Position numbers and translations under genes: made by a program. From NCBI GenBank assembly GCA_963695875.1, contig CAVOID010000010.1, positions 32,001-96,000 of the forward strand: 64,000 nucleotides of DNA. Direction: 5' to 3'. How positions within the stretch are numbered: position 1 is the stretch's first letter; each line of letters begins with the position of its first letter. Below, piece by piece: positions 43,643 to 52,158 of the stretch. The notes below the pieces were generated by a model, which worked only from the letters and a program-made list of their open reading frames with translations, searched no databases and was not told the origin of the DNA. The stretch is from an uncultured delta proteobacterium. GTDB lineage: Bacteria > Desulfobacterota > Syntrophia > Syntrophales > UBA2185.

Positions 43643-44438
43643 ATGTCAGAAAATGCTTTTTACGTGTATCCAGGACAGCCATTTATTGGTGAAGCTATTA
43701 TACACTTGCTTTTGGCATTTAATAATGAACCAAATAGTAAGGGTAGACGTTCGATTAATGAAGGGGAACATTCACAAATCGCTTATGCTTTGATAATGAT
43801 TGCTTTGGAAAGCATCATTAAAGTTAAACTCAATGAGAAAGATATAGTCGAGCCGGCAAAGACAGAAGACTTATTTGAACAAACAGTTGAGAAGTTCACT
43901 AAAGAGCATGGAAGTTTTGAACTCTGGGAATGAGTTAAAAATATTGAGAAACTCAATCGTTCACTCTGCATATTTTGAAAGGAATGCAAGAGGTGGGTAT
44001 ATTTCCAAAGCTACGAAGAAGAAGTTGAAATCCTCATATTATTCACCATATCTTGATCTGGATGAAGAATGCACAAAGAAATGGCGGCTTACTATCAATC
44101 CATTGAATGTTTCGAGGTATGAGGCCTTCGTCGGTTTGATGTTTTTTTATTGGTATGGCAAAGAAACCAGTGTTTGGAAAAGCAACAATCCTCTTGATAC
44201 ACCTTATGTAGATTGTCGAATGAAGTATAATATCCAGTGGATTAACAGAAATGATTATCAACACCTTGTTGGCCACGGCAAGGATTTTAGTTATCTTATT
44301 GGATATATGTCAGGCCGTTTATCAGAGAAACATCGTACGATATTAGTTGGCCTCGCAAATGAAGCACTTGGCATTGATTTAGATTCCTCTTTAAGAGTTG
44401 CCACTGGTATACTTGATATGTTCGCGCCCAGACTTTGA
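43643..44438 (+). pseudogene. Cassette 3: HEPN-motif protein split by a 1-bp insertion near 43927
   Basis: ALESII helix plus RNSIVH (Rx4H). Removing one G from tggg joins ORFs 43643-43933 and 43875-44438. Confidence 0.65.
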
Positions 44439-44448
44439 AGAAGGTTAG

Positions 44449-44504
44449 CCCTAACAAAGTCAATCCAGCCGATCACTACGCTCCGGCTGATTTTTTCGTT
44501 ATGT
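44449..44504 (+). repeat. attC site 3
   Basis: CCCTAAC-aaagtcaatccagccgatcactacgctccggctgattttttc-GTTATGT. Confidence 0.9.
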
Positions 44505-44520
44505 TCAAGGAGGATTTATC

Positions 44521-44982
44521 ATGATTCAAATGGTGACTATCCTTATAGCCGTAGTATCCCTCGTTATATCTTTCATAGTTCATCCTGCAGGGGCATGGAT
44601 TCCAATAGTTCTCGCAGACCTCGTTATCTGTATAAACTTATGGGCTGCAAAGCAAAAATATAGATTTAAATATCTCCCAGACTTATCACCAGAAGCAAAT
44701 GACCTTTTGCAGCATTACGGCCACTACTTCGCGATGCCATTTGCTTCAAAGGATTTCAGTGCAAGTGCGGCTACGAGTCAATTCGCTGGGATTATAATTG
44801 CCATCATTGGACTATTTAGAGGCTTTTGGTGGGCAATAGCTCTCGCAGCCGCAAATTGGTTTTTAATGGGTTTTGTTGCTGTTTCTCTCAGTCCGGTATC
44901 CCTATTAGTTGAGTCAACTGCTTTGCAGATAGTACATGATGAAGTTGTTGAATTTATTAATTCACAGCGTATTCAAAAATAG
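44521..44982 (+). CDS. Cassette 4: hypothetical membrane protein with about 4 TM segments
   Basis: AGGAGG RBS, hydrophobic segments, bounded by attC3 and attC4. Confidence 0.75.
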   Translation: MIQMVTILIAVVSLVISFIVHPAGAWIPIVLADLVICINLWAAKQKYRFKYLPDLSPEANDLLQHYGHYFAMPFASKDFSASAATSQFAGIIIAIIGLFRGFWWAIALAAANWFLMGFVAVSLSPVSLLVESTALQIVHDEVVEFINSQRIQK

Positions 44983-44987
44983 ATAAA

Positions 44988-45042
44988 ACATAACCAGTCA
45001 ATACAGCCGATCGCTACGCTCCGGCTGATTTTTTCGTTATGC
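44988..45042 (+). repeat. attC site 4
   Basis: ACATAAC-cagtcaatacagccgatcgctacgctccggctgattttttc-GTTATGC, nearly identical to attC3. Confidence 0.9.
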
Positions 45043-45071
45043 CTTAAAGATATTTATTTCAATGGGGTCTT

Positions 45072-45857
45072 ATGCTTAAAATTCAAAGATATATATCTGA
45101 TGAATTGACACATTTTGTTGGAAAAAGCCTTTCTAGTGAAAGTGATCAATACAACCTGTTGGTCAATATTCTTAATTCAGGATGGCTGACTCATCCTCCT
45201 CATGAACACACTGACAGAAATTCCGGTGGTTTAGCTCTAAGCCGGCACTTAAAAATAAGCGAAAATCTAATGTATTCCCCAGAAGTCATTTGCTTTTGCG
45301 ATATTCCCCTTGATGACATTGGACTGCATGTTACAAAGTATAGCCACGTTGGTCTCGCTTTTAGAAAATCATTTTTAATTGAAAAAGGTGTCAATCCAGT
45401 TTTTTATATTTCTAAGGATTCCAAAGTGAGATATTGGCCTAGTGTTGACGAACCAAATAATTTTTTAAAAATACATCGTTCTGAATTGTTTGACACGATG
45501 ATCGATAATTATCAAGACCTCGTTAAAGAGCTCATGATATATTTCAAAGACCTTTTTTATCAGTCAGCCGAAGTTATTGCTTCAAAGGTACTTCAGGATA
45601 AAATCAGAAAATTTCAGGACCAACTGTTTGAACTGGAAAGGTTTCTAGATTTCCACATATTTAGCTATTTAAAGTTTTTTGACAGCTCTAAATCTGAGGA
45701 CGATCCTGAGAATTATTATATGGAGCGTGAATGGAGGATGATTGGTAATCTTCAATTTGATATATCTGATGTTCGCCGGATCTTTTTGCCTGAGCACTAC
45801 GCTGAACATTTCCGAAGAGATGTTCCGGCTTATTACGGGCAACTAACTTTTGTTTAA
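45072..45857 (+). CDS. Cassette 5: AbiGi-family abortive infection protein
   Basis: LTHF, ICFCDIPL....H..KY...GLAF.K.FL..KG.NPVFY, EREWR. Confidence 0.78.
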   Translation: MLKIQRYISDELTHFVGKSLSSESDQYNLLVNILNSGWLTHPPHEHTDRNSGGLALSRHLKISENLMYSPEVICFCDIPLDDIGLHVTKYSHVGLAFRKSFLIEKGVNPVFYISKDSKVRYWPSVDEPNNFLKIHRSELFDTMIDNYQDLVKELMIYFKDLFYQSAEVIASKVLQDKIRKFQDQLFELERFLDFHIFSYLKFFDSSKSEDDPENYYMEREWRMIGNLQFDISDVRRIFLPEHYAEHFRRDVPAYYGQLTFV

Positions 45858-45860
45858 GCT

Positions 45861-45916
45861 GCATAACAAAGCGTTGGAACCGATCGCTTACGCTCCGGCT
45901 CAACTCCGCGTTGGCC
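45861..45916 (+). repeat. attC site 5
   Basis: GCATAAC-aaagcgttggaaccgatcgcttacgctccggctcaactccgc-GTTGGCC. Confidence 0.88.
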
Positions 45917-45957
45917 TAAAATGAATATTAAAAGGAGACAATAAATGGCACATTAAT

Positions 45958-46137
45958 GGGGTCGGACCAAGATAAGTAGTAGGTATCACAAAGAATAGGG
46001 TTTAAAAACGGTCTATATTTAGCCTTAAACTGCCGATTTTGGCCACAAAAATATACTCCTAAGAATGATTGCTTGCAGAAAAAACCTATAAATCCGTAGG
46101 ACGCTTGTTCCTCGCACCAGTGATTTTTTCGTTCGCT
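45958..46137 (+). repeat. ~180-bp direct repeat A, copy 1, ending in an attC right half
   Basis: Aligns with 46908-47095; ends tgattttttc-GTTCGCT. Confidence 0.85.
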
Positions 46138-46152
46138 TATAAATCATAAATA

Positions 46153-46181
46153 TTGACGTTTAGACGTTATGCCGTTATAAT
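46153..46181 (+). promoter_or_regulatory. Sigma70 promoter of the TA cassette
   Basis: TTGACG-17 nt-TATAAT. Confidence 0.8.
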
Positions 46182-46209
46182 GCTTTTATTATAATTAGGA
46201 GGTAATATT

Positions 46210-46503
46210 ATGGCGACATTGGCGAAGCGAGCCACGATATACTTTGACACCGACCTACACAAAGCTCTGCGGCTTAAATCTGTTGAAACCTCTCGATCTG
46301 TGTCCGAGCTTGTAAACGAGGCCGTTAAAGAAGCCCTTGCTGAGGATGCTGAGGATCTCAAATCGTTTGACGAAAGGGCGCGCGAACCTCTAATAAGCTA
46401 CGAGGAAATGATCAAGAGGCTTAAAAAAAGATGGCCGAATATAGAATCTATTTCAAGCGTTCGGTTTGGAAAGACTTTGAAGGAATTTCGAAAAAGGATT
46501 TAA
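46210..46503 (+). CDS. RHH/CopG-family antitoxin; natural stop probably 46444 (extra A in an A7 run)
   Basis: RATIYFD..LHKALR.....SVSELVNEA; upstream of a RelE-type toxin. Confidence 0.8.
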   Translation: MATLAKRATIYFDTDLHKALRLKSVETSRSVSELVNEAVKEALAEDAEDLKSFDERAREPLISYEEMIKRLKKRWPNIESISSVRFGKTLKEFRKRI

Positions 46504-46688
46504 AACGAATTCTTCAACGCATCGAGAATCTTAAAAAAAATCCCAGGCCCACCGAATGTGAAAAGTTGACCGGTCAAGACAGATATCGTTTGCGGCAAGG
46601 TCGATACCGAATTGTTTACTCTGTACAAGATAATGACCTTACTGTGTGGGTCGTAAAAGTTGGACATCGCAGTAACGTATATCGCTGA
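46431..46688 (+). CDS. relE: RelE/ParE-family toxin
   Basis: NPRP..CEKL.G...YRLRQGRYRIVY...VVKVGHR..VY. Confidence 0.88.
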   Translation: MAEYRIYFKRSVWKDFEGISKKDLKRILQRIENLKKNPRPTECEKLTGQDRYRLRQGRYRIVYSVQDNDLTVWVVKVGHRSNVYR

Positions 46689-46712
46689 AGCGAATCGGGT
46701 AGCTTTCCCTAA

Positions 46713-46830
46713 TTGAAGCTCTCCGCAGTAAACTGCGGAGAATCTTCGATCCATAAGGAATAATAATGTTCCCCATTCGCTCGCTTACCCCGCAGCAAGC
46801 TGCGGGGAATGCGCTCGCTGCCGGATTCAA
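46713..46830. mobile_element. Two-hairpin palindromic MITE/REP-like element
   Basis: ctccgcag-taaa-ctgcggag and ccccgcag-caag-ctgcgggg, with TTGAA/TTCAA ends. Confidence 0.65.
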
Positions 46831-46897
46831 TCTATACTCAAAGCACGGAGATAATATGTACTGCTTCAAAATCGTTATCCTTCATGAATGTTCAAGG
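46828..46897 (+). repeat. Direct repeat B, copy 1 (duplicate of the alkD-like gene start at 47852-47918)
   Basis: 36-bp identical core tgcttcaaaatcgttatccttcatgaatgttcaagg. Confidence 0.88.
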
Positions 46898-46907
46898 AAT
46901 TGAAATT

Positions 46908-47095
46908 GGGGTCGGACCAAATAAGTAGTAGGTATCATAAAGAATAGGGTTAAAAAACGATCTATATTTAGCCTTAAAATTGCCAATTTCGGCCACAAAA
47001 ATATACTCCTAAGATACGATTGCTTGCAGAAAAAAATTAGGTCATCTAATCTATAAATCCGCTTATTCCTCGCACTGGTGATCTTTACGTTATGA
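46908..47095 (+). repeat. ~180-bp direct repeat A, copy 2, ending in an attC right half
   Basis: ggggtcggaccaa...tgatctttac-GTTATGA. Confidence 0.85.
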
Positions 47096-47167
47096 ATGAA
47101 AAATATGATTGATAATTCAGCCCATAATATCTATTATTAGAAAATAGCAAAATCTAAAAACAAGTTA

Positions 47168-47419
47168 ATGAAAAAACGAAAACTACTTGAAAAAATACTC
47201 GCGGGTTCTAAAAATATTCGATTCGCCGAAGCAACCGCCCTTGCAGAGGCGTTTGGCTTTAGGCTGGATCGTATCAACGGCAGTCACCATATTTTTGTAC
47301 ATCCGAACATTCCAGAGTTAATTAATTTGCAGGATGTCAAGGGTAAAGTAAAACCGTATCAATTAAAACAGCTTCTAAGCATTATAGAACAACACAACCT
47401 TCAAATGGAGGATCAGTAA
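47168..47419 (+). CDS. hicA: HicA-family toxin
   Basis: FGF..DRINGSHHIF.HP...KPYQLKQ. Confidence 0.88.
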   Translation: MKKRKLLEKILAGSKNIRFAEATALAEAFGFRLDRINGSHHIFVHPNIPELINLQDVKGKVKPYQLKQLLSIIEQHNLQMEDQ

Positions 47420-47637
47420 TGAAAGATTATCATATTAATATTTTTTACAGCGATGATGATGACGGTTATATTGCAGATATTCCTGACCTGCGTCATTGCT
47501 CGGCCTTTGGTAAAACTCCGGACGAAGCTCTTTCAGAGGTTTTAAAAGCAAAAAGATCCTGGCTTGAATCAGCTCATGCAAATAAAAAAACCATCCCGAA
47601 GCCTCACTATCGTCCGGCGATTTACCAAGTAGCTTAA
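47419..47637 (+). CDS. hicB: HicB-family antitoxin (short form)
   Basis: GYIADIPDL..CSAFGKTPDEAL...IPKP; TAATG coupling to hicA. Confidence 0.88.
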   Translation: MKDYHINIFYSDDDDGYIADIPDLRHCSAFGKTPDEALSEVLKAKRSWLESAHANKKTIPKPHYRPAIYQVA

Positions 47638-47673
47638 ACTATTTTACCACCTAGTGATTAGCCTCTTCATAAC

Positions 47674-47850
47674 ACCTATCAGGCCTCCTGATGTCAATAG
47701 ATAAATGTATCCCTGAACGAAGAAAGGGTTCACTTATCCAGGACCAGGTAAAGATGCATTCCACGGCAACGACAATATCCTCACGAAAGGGAGCAATGAC
47801 TTTGAGAAAGGCGTCGTCAAGGCGACTTTTTCTGCAGACTTGTTGGGCCA
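47674..47850 (-). mobile_element. IS110-family transposase remnant abutting a truncated attC
   Basis: Minus-strand DAFLKVIAPFREDIVVAVECIFTW resembles the IS110 N-terminal DEDD domain; begins right after the inverse core TCATAAC. Confidence 0.65.
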
Positions 47851-47877
47851 GCAATCTATACTAGAGCATGGAGAAAT

Positions 47878-48609
47878 ATGGATGCTTCAAAATCGTTATC
47901 CTTCATGAATGTTCAAGGGATCCATGCAAGATTACAGTTGCTTGGTGATCCAAAAAGAGCAGAGGTGCTGCAGCGATACTTCAAAACAGGACCAGGAGAA
48001 TACGGGGAGGGAGATGTATTTGTCGGTATCCGTGCTCCGGAGATAAGAAAGCTAGCCAAAGAATACCAGGCACTTTCCCTTTCAGAGACGGTAAAATTAC
48101 TTCACTCCTCCATCCATGAATCAAGAGCGCTGGCACTCTTGATTCTGGTTCGTGCCTACGCCAAAGGAGATGCTTCTCTTCAAGAGAAGATTTATAATCT
48201 GTATCTTCAGAACACTCGGTTCATCAATAACTGGGACTTGGTGGATATCTCGGCTGAACATATTGTCGGTTCTCATTTGAGATATCTAAGCAAGGCGCCG
48301 CTCCATGCCCTGGCAGCATCGAACCTGTTGTGGGAACGCAGGATTGCAGTAATGGCAACATTTCACTATATTAAGCATGACGAGTTTGCCGAGACATTGC
48401 ATATTGCGGGTATGTTGCTCAGCGATACAGAAGACTTGATTCACAAAGCAGTTGGTTGGATGCTCCGGGAGATCGGCAAACGTGATCACATATCAGAGGA
48501 AGTCTTTCTAAGGGCACACTACAAGCTTATGCCGCGAACGATGCTCCGGTATGCTATTGAGAGGTTCCCGGAAGATTTAAGGCAACGGTATTTAAAAGGG
48601 AAAGTATAA
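47878..48609 (+). CDS. DNA alkylation repair protein (AlkD-like)
   Basis: FKTGPGEYGEGD, NNWDLVD, WERR, IHKAVGWMLRE. Confidence 0.88.
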   Translation: MDASKSLSFMNVQGIHARLQLLGDPKRAEVLQRYFKTGPGEYGEGDVFVGIRAPEIRKLAKEYQALSLSETVKLLHSSIHESRALALLILVRAYAKGDASLQEKIYNLYLQNTRFINNWDLVDISAEHIVGSHLRYLSKAPLHALAASNLLWERRIAVMATFHYIKHDEFAETLHIAGMLLSDTEDLIHKAVGWMLREIGKRDHISEEVFLRAHYKLMPRTMLRYAIERFPEDLRQRYLKGKV

Positions 48610-48635
48610 ATGACGCATCACAAGGTTGGTTATGA

Positions 48636-48890
48636 ATGAAGACATTTTTTGTCGCCGCTACTGAAAGAGGAACCGTGGTCACGTCAGCCAGGGTCGCCCT
48701 GGTTGTCGGATCAATCCTCGCACTGATCAACTATGGCGACCGCATCTTTCTGCACGGCAACATGGGCACACTGGACTGGGTCAAGCTCGCTCTTACCTAC
48801 TGCGTGCCGTATTGCGTGGCCACATACGGCGCCGCCAGGTACGCCACAAGACATATCAGGAACAAAGAACACAACCCAACCATGGAGTGA
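48636..48890 (+). CDS. NrtS-family small membrane protein
   Basis: VALVVGSILALINYGD...LTYCVPYCVATYG. Confidence 0.8.
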   Translation: MKTFFVAATERGTVVTSARVALVVGSILALINYGDRIFLHGNMGTLDWVKLALTYCVPYCVATYGAARYATRHIRNKEHNPTME

Positions 48891-48957
48891 GTCTGACCCT
48901 AGTAAAATATAGACTTATTCCCTTTGTTTGGTAAATGAAATAAAGGAGGAGATGATT

Positions 48958-49359
48958 ATGCCACGAACAATTCATATGGCAGCTGCCCTGCCGGCCCCCC
49001 CAGATAAACTCTACGACATGTATCTCGATCCGGAATTACATTCCGCAATCACCGGTGCGCCTGTTTCCATTGGAGCAAAAGCCGGGGCGAAGTTTCTTGC
49101 CTTCAACGGAATGATTCAGGGAACAATCCTTCAGGTGGTTCCTAAACGACTGATCGTACAGTCCTGGAGAGCAAAGCACTGGAAGGCTAATGACCTTGAC
49201 TCAACTCTGGTCCTATCATTTTGGCCGGAAAGGCGAGGTACGCGGATAGAACTGGTTCACGTCAACGTAGCGGATCATGACTTCGCGGGCGTTAGCCACG
49301 GCTGGGAAATCTATTATTGGGCGCCCTGGAGAGAGTATCTGAAGAAGCACCGGCAATGA
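48958..49359 (+). CDS. SRPBCC/AHSA1-like domain protein
   Basis: HSAITGAP, IVQSWRA, GW..YYW.P. Confidence 0.82.
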   Translation: MPRTIHMAAALPAPPDKLYDMYLDPELHSAITGAPVSIGAKAGAKFLAFNGMIQGTILQVVPKRLIVQSWRAKHWKANDLDSTLVLSFWPERRGTRIELVHVNVADHDFAGVSHGWEIYYWAPWREYLKKHRQ

Positions 49360-49391
49360 GAGAAAATGGCAAGCCGGAAAGGATCTGATCA

Positions 49392-50495
49392 ATGGCTCAC
49401 CATTCCGATACGCAAATGCATAAGATTCAGGCGGCAGTATTGCGCAGGAGGGGCGGCCCTTTGAAGATTGAATCCCTCGAAATGGAGGGTCCGCGGGATG
49501 ACGAGGTCCTGGTGCGCATCGTTGCCTCAGGCATCTGCCATACCGATATAAGCTTCGTGGACGGTTGGGACGAGACCGACGGCCCGATAGTGCTGGGGCA
49601 TGAGGGTGCGGGTGTAGTGGAGCAGGTCGGCAAAAGCGTGAAGAGTGTCAGGCGCGGCGATCATGTCGTGCTCTCCTACCAATCCTGCGGCCGCTGCCGT
49701 AAATGCCGGAGCGGACACCCTGCGGATTGCGAAAATTTCTACGAGGCGAACTTCGGTTTCGCACGCCTGGACGGCAGCAACGCACTCAAGCGCAGCGGCG
49801 TGCGCGGGCATTTCTTCGGTCAGTCATCATTTGCCACCCACGTCCTGGCAACAGAACGCAATATTGTCAAGGTTCCCAAAAAATTAAATCTGGAGGTCCT
49901 GGCTCCGCTGGGTTGCGGCCTGCAAACGGGAGCCGGCACCGTGTTAAATTCGCTGGCGGTCCCGAAAGGAGCAAGCATCGCTATCTTCGGTACGGGAGCA
50001 GTCGGCCTTGCGGCAGTCATGGCGGCGCGCATTGCCGGGGCCAACCCGATCATAGGTGTCGACATTAAACCCAGGCGTCTCGAACTCGCCCTGGAATTGG
50101 GCGCCACCCACGTGATAGACAATCGCCGTGACAAAGCAGACTCACGCATCACCGATATCACCGGCAGTGGGGTTGATTACGTGGTGGAAACCACCGGTGA
50201 TTCGAAGATGTACCGACTGTCCATGGATATGTTGAATCCCCATGGCACCACGGCCTTTCTCACCGGCATAAGCGGCCCGGACTCTCTGCCGGAAAGGCGG
50301 ACAACCCTCAGCATAATCCAGGGCGACGCCGTGCCACAGCGCTTTATCCCTAAGCTAATCGCACTTTACCAGGCAGGACAGTTCCCGTATGACCGTCTCT
50401 TGAAATTCTATGACTTCAGCGAGATTAATAAGGCCATAGCCGATTCCAGACGCGGCGACACGATCAAGCCCGTACTGCGAATCAGCGAGACGTGA
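49392..50495 (+). CDS. Zn-dependent NAD(P) alcohol dehydrogenase (aryl-alcohol dehydrogenase-like)
   Basis: GICHTD, GHEGAG, FFGQSSFA, PLGCGLQTGAG. Confidence 0.9.
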   Translation: MAHHSDTQMHKIQAAVLRRRGGPLKIESLEMEGPRDDEVLVRIVASGICHTDISFVDGWDETDGPIVLGHEGAGVVEQVGKSVKSVRRGDHVVLSYQSCGRCRKCRSGHPADCENFYEANFGFARLDGSNALKRSGVRGHFFGQSSFATHVLATERNIVKVPKKLNLEVLAPLGCGLQTGAGTVLNSLAVPKGASIAIFGTGAVGLAAVMAARIAGANPIIGVDIKPRRLELALELGATHVIDNRRDKADSRITDITGSGVDYVVETTGDSKMYRLSMDMLNPHGTTAFLTGISGPDSLPERRTTLSIIQGDAVPQRFIPKLIALYQAGQFPYDRLLKFYDFSEINKAIADSRRGDTIKPVLRISET

Positions 50496-51276
50496 AGCAA
50501 GGGAAAAATAACCCACCCGGTTTTGCCGGTTCCTCAGCATCGCCTTCGTACAAAACCCGCTCCAGGAAAAGGCCCGACGGAGGAGCTGTGCTCTTCGCCG
50601 GGAGGTCTGAAGGGTGTTCAAGCATGTTTTTGACATCACGTGAAGTCAGGTTTCCCCTCCCCGCTTCCACAATGATCCCCACCATTCTGCGGACCATCTT
50701 CCACAGGAAGTGAGAGCCGACAAACCGCAGGACAATCAGATCGCCCATCTCCCCAATGTCTGCAACATCCAGCTTGACCTTTGTGGACGCGTCTTTATCC
50801 AGACGTTTGTCTACAAAGGATGTGAAATCGTGAAATCCCGTAAACAGGTTGCAAGCTGATCGCATCTTCTCAATGTCCAATGCATCCCTCACCCACCATA
50901 CATACCTCTTCCCGAAGGCGGTCCGGTGTTTTGAGATAATATAAAGATAGCTTCTGGAGATGGCATAATGACGGGCATGAAAGCTGATGGGAACCTCCTC
51001 AATACGGAGGATGTTGATATTGGCTGGAAGCAGGTCGTTCAGACCTTCCATGATCTTTCGAGGAGGCATTGTCTTTGTCGTACCCAGGTGGGCAACCTGG
51101 CCGAGAGCATGTACTCCGGCATCGGTGCGGCCTGCTCCCTGAATTTCAACAGATTCTCCGAACAGTTTCTCCGCCGCATTGATCAAGGTGTCCTGAACGC
51201 TCCTTGCATTCTTCTGTGTCTGCCAGCCTCTGTAACTGGTCCCATCGTATTCAAGGGTGATTTTATATTTATACAT
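50482..51276 (-). CDS. truA: tRNA pseudouridine(38-40) synthase
   Basis: YDGT.Y.GWQ, AGRTDAGVHA.GQ, FLWKMVR, TAPP.GL. Confidence 0.93.
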   Translation of the reverse strand: MYKYKITLEYDGTSYRGWQTQKNARSVQDTLINAAEKLFGESVEIQGAGRTDAGVHALGQVAHLGTTKTMPPRKIMEGLNDLLPANINILRIEEVPISFHARHYAISRSYLYIISKHRTAFGKRYVWWVRDALDIEKMRSACNLFTGFHDFTSFVDKRLDKDASTKVKLDVADIGEMGDLIVLRFVGSHFLWKMVRRMVGIIVEAGRGNLTSRDVKNMLEHPSDLPAKSTAPPSGLFLERVLYEGDAEEPAKPGGLFFPCFTSR

Positions 51277-51455
51277 TATTCAAAAAGAAATCCCCTCCTC
51301 TCCGCAAAGAGGAAAGGGGGCAGGCGGACGCCTTTCCTGCCATTTAGCAGGTCGGGTATCCCGCAACTGACAATGATTGGGGAGATGGCGTGGCATCTAT
51401 GAATTCAAGGCTTATGAGATTGCTTCGTAGCTCGAATTAGAGTTGTGCCCGAATA

Positions 51456-52112
51456 TCAGCGTGCCATCTTCAACACTTCATTGATTAACTTCTCAATCCC
51501 CAGGGCAACCTTGGAAATGGTTGGGCCCAGCATATACGCGGGAGTAGTAACGATCTTGTTTTTCCGGTCAACTACGACATTTTCAACAGGAGAACCGACA
51601 TGTTTGCCTCCCATCTTCTCAATGGCTTCCGCTGTGTCTTTGTCGTTACCGATTGTTAACTCCGGATTACATGAACCCAGCACCTTCGCCGCAATAACCG
51701 GGGCGATACAGACAAATCCTATGGGTCTTTTCGCCGCATGCATTTCTTTTATCAATCTCTCAACTTGCGGATTGACGGCGCAGTCCGCACCCTTCACGGC
51801 AAAGTCACATAAATTTTTAGCCGCGCCGAATCCACCGGGAAAAACCAGCGCATCGAGATCAGCAGCTTTCACATCTTTGATGTCCTTGATAACCCCTCTG
51901 GCAATACGGGAAGATTCGACCAGAACATTCCGCTTTTCACCCGTGGGCTCCCCCTTTATATGATTCACTGCATGCATCTGATCTATATCAGGAGCCATGC
52001 AGACTATCTCGGCGCCTGCCCGATCCAGGAAAAGCAGCGTGAGGGTTGCCTCATGAATTTCAGCACCATCGAATACTCCACAACCTGATAGAACTACGCC
52101 CACTCTCGCCAT
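51456..52112 (-). CDS. elbB: Glyoxalase ElbB (DJ-1/PfpI family)
   Basis: LSGCGVFDGAEIHE, PGGFGAAKNL, CIAP, TPAYM. Confidence 0.92.
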   Translation of the reverse strand: MARVGVVLSGCGVFDGAEIHEATLTLLFLDRAGAEIVCMAPDIDQMHAVNHIKGEPTGEKRNVLVESSRIARGVIKDIKDVKAADLDALVFPGGFGAAKNLCDFAVKGADCAVNPQVERLIKEMHAAKRPIGFVCIAPVIAAKVLGSCNPELTIGNDKDTAEAIEKMGGKHVGSPVENVVVDRKNKIVTTPAYMLGPTISKVALGIEKLINEVLKMAR

Positions 52113-52158
52113 CTTCTACCTCCTCGTCTCTAAAAGTTAAATAGGGAAATAAGCATTT

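Larger units (their letters stand above)
42444..47673 (+). mobile_element. Integron gene-cassette array with no integrase in the window (CALIN-like), about 8 cassettes
   Basis: Co-oriented AT-rich genes, each bounded by a GTT core and a matching inverse core; five complete attC hairpins. Confidence 0.88.

Noticed and set aside
43931..43933. TGA in cassette 3 as selenocysteine
   Set aside because: The downstream coding continues in a different frame, so this is an indel rather than read-through.
43030..45916. Repeated 55-74-bp palindromes as a CRISPR array
   Set aside because: They are separated by whole genes, not 30-40-nt spacers, have attC core/inverse-core ends, and no cas genes are present.
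51285..51400. GC-rich hairpins upstream of truA as an ncRNA
   Set aside because: No recognisable RNA family; explainable as a terminator or repeat remnant.
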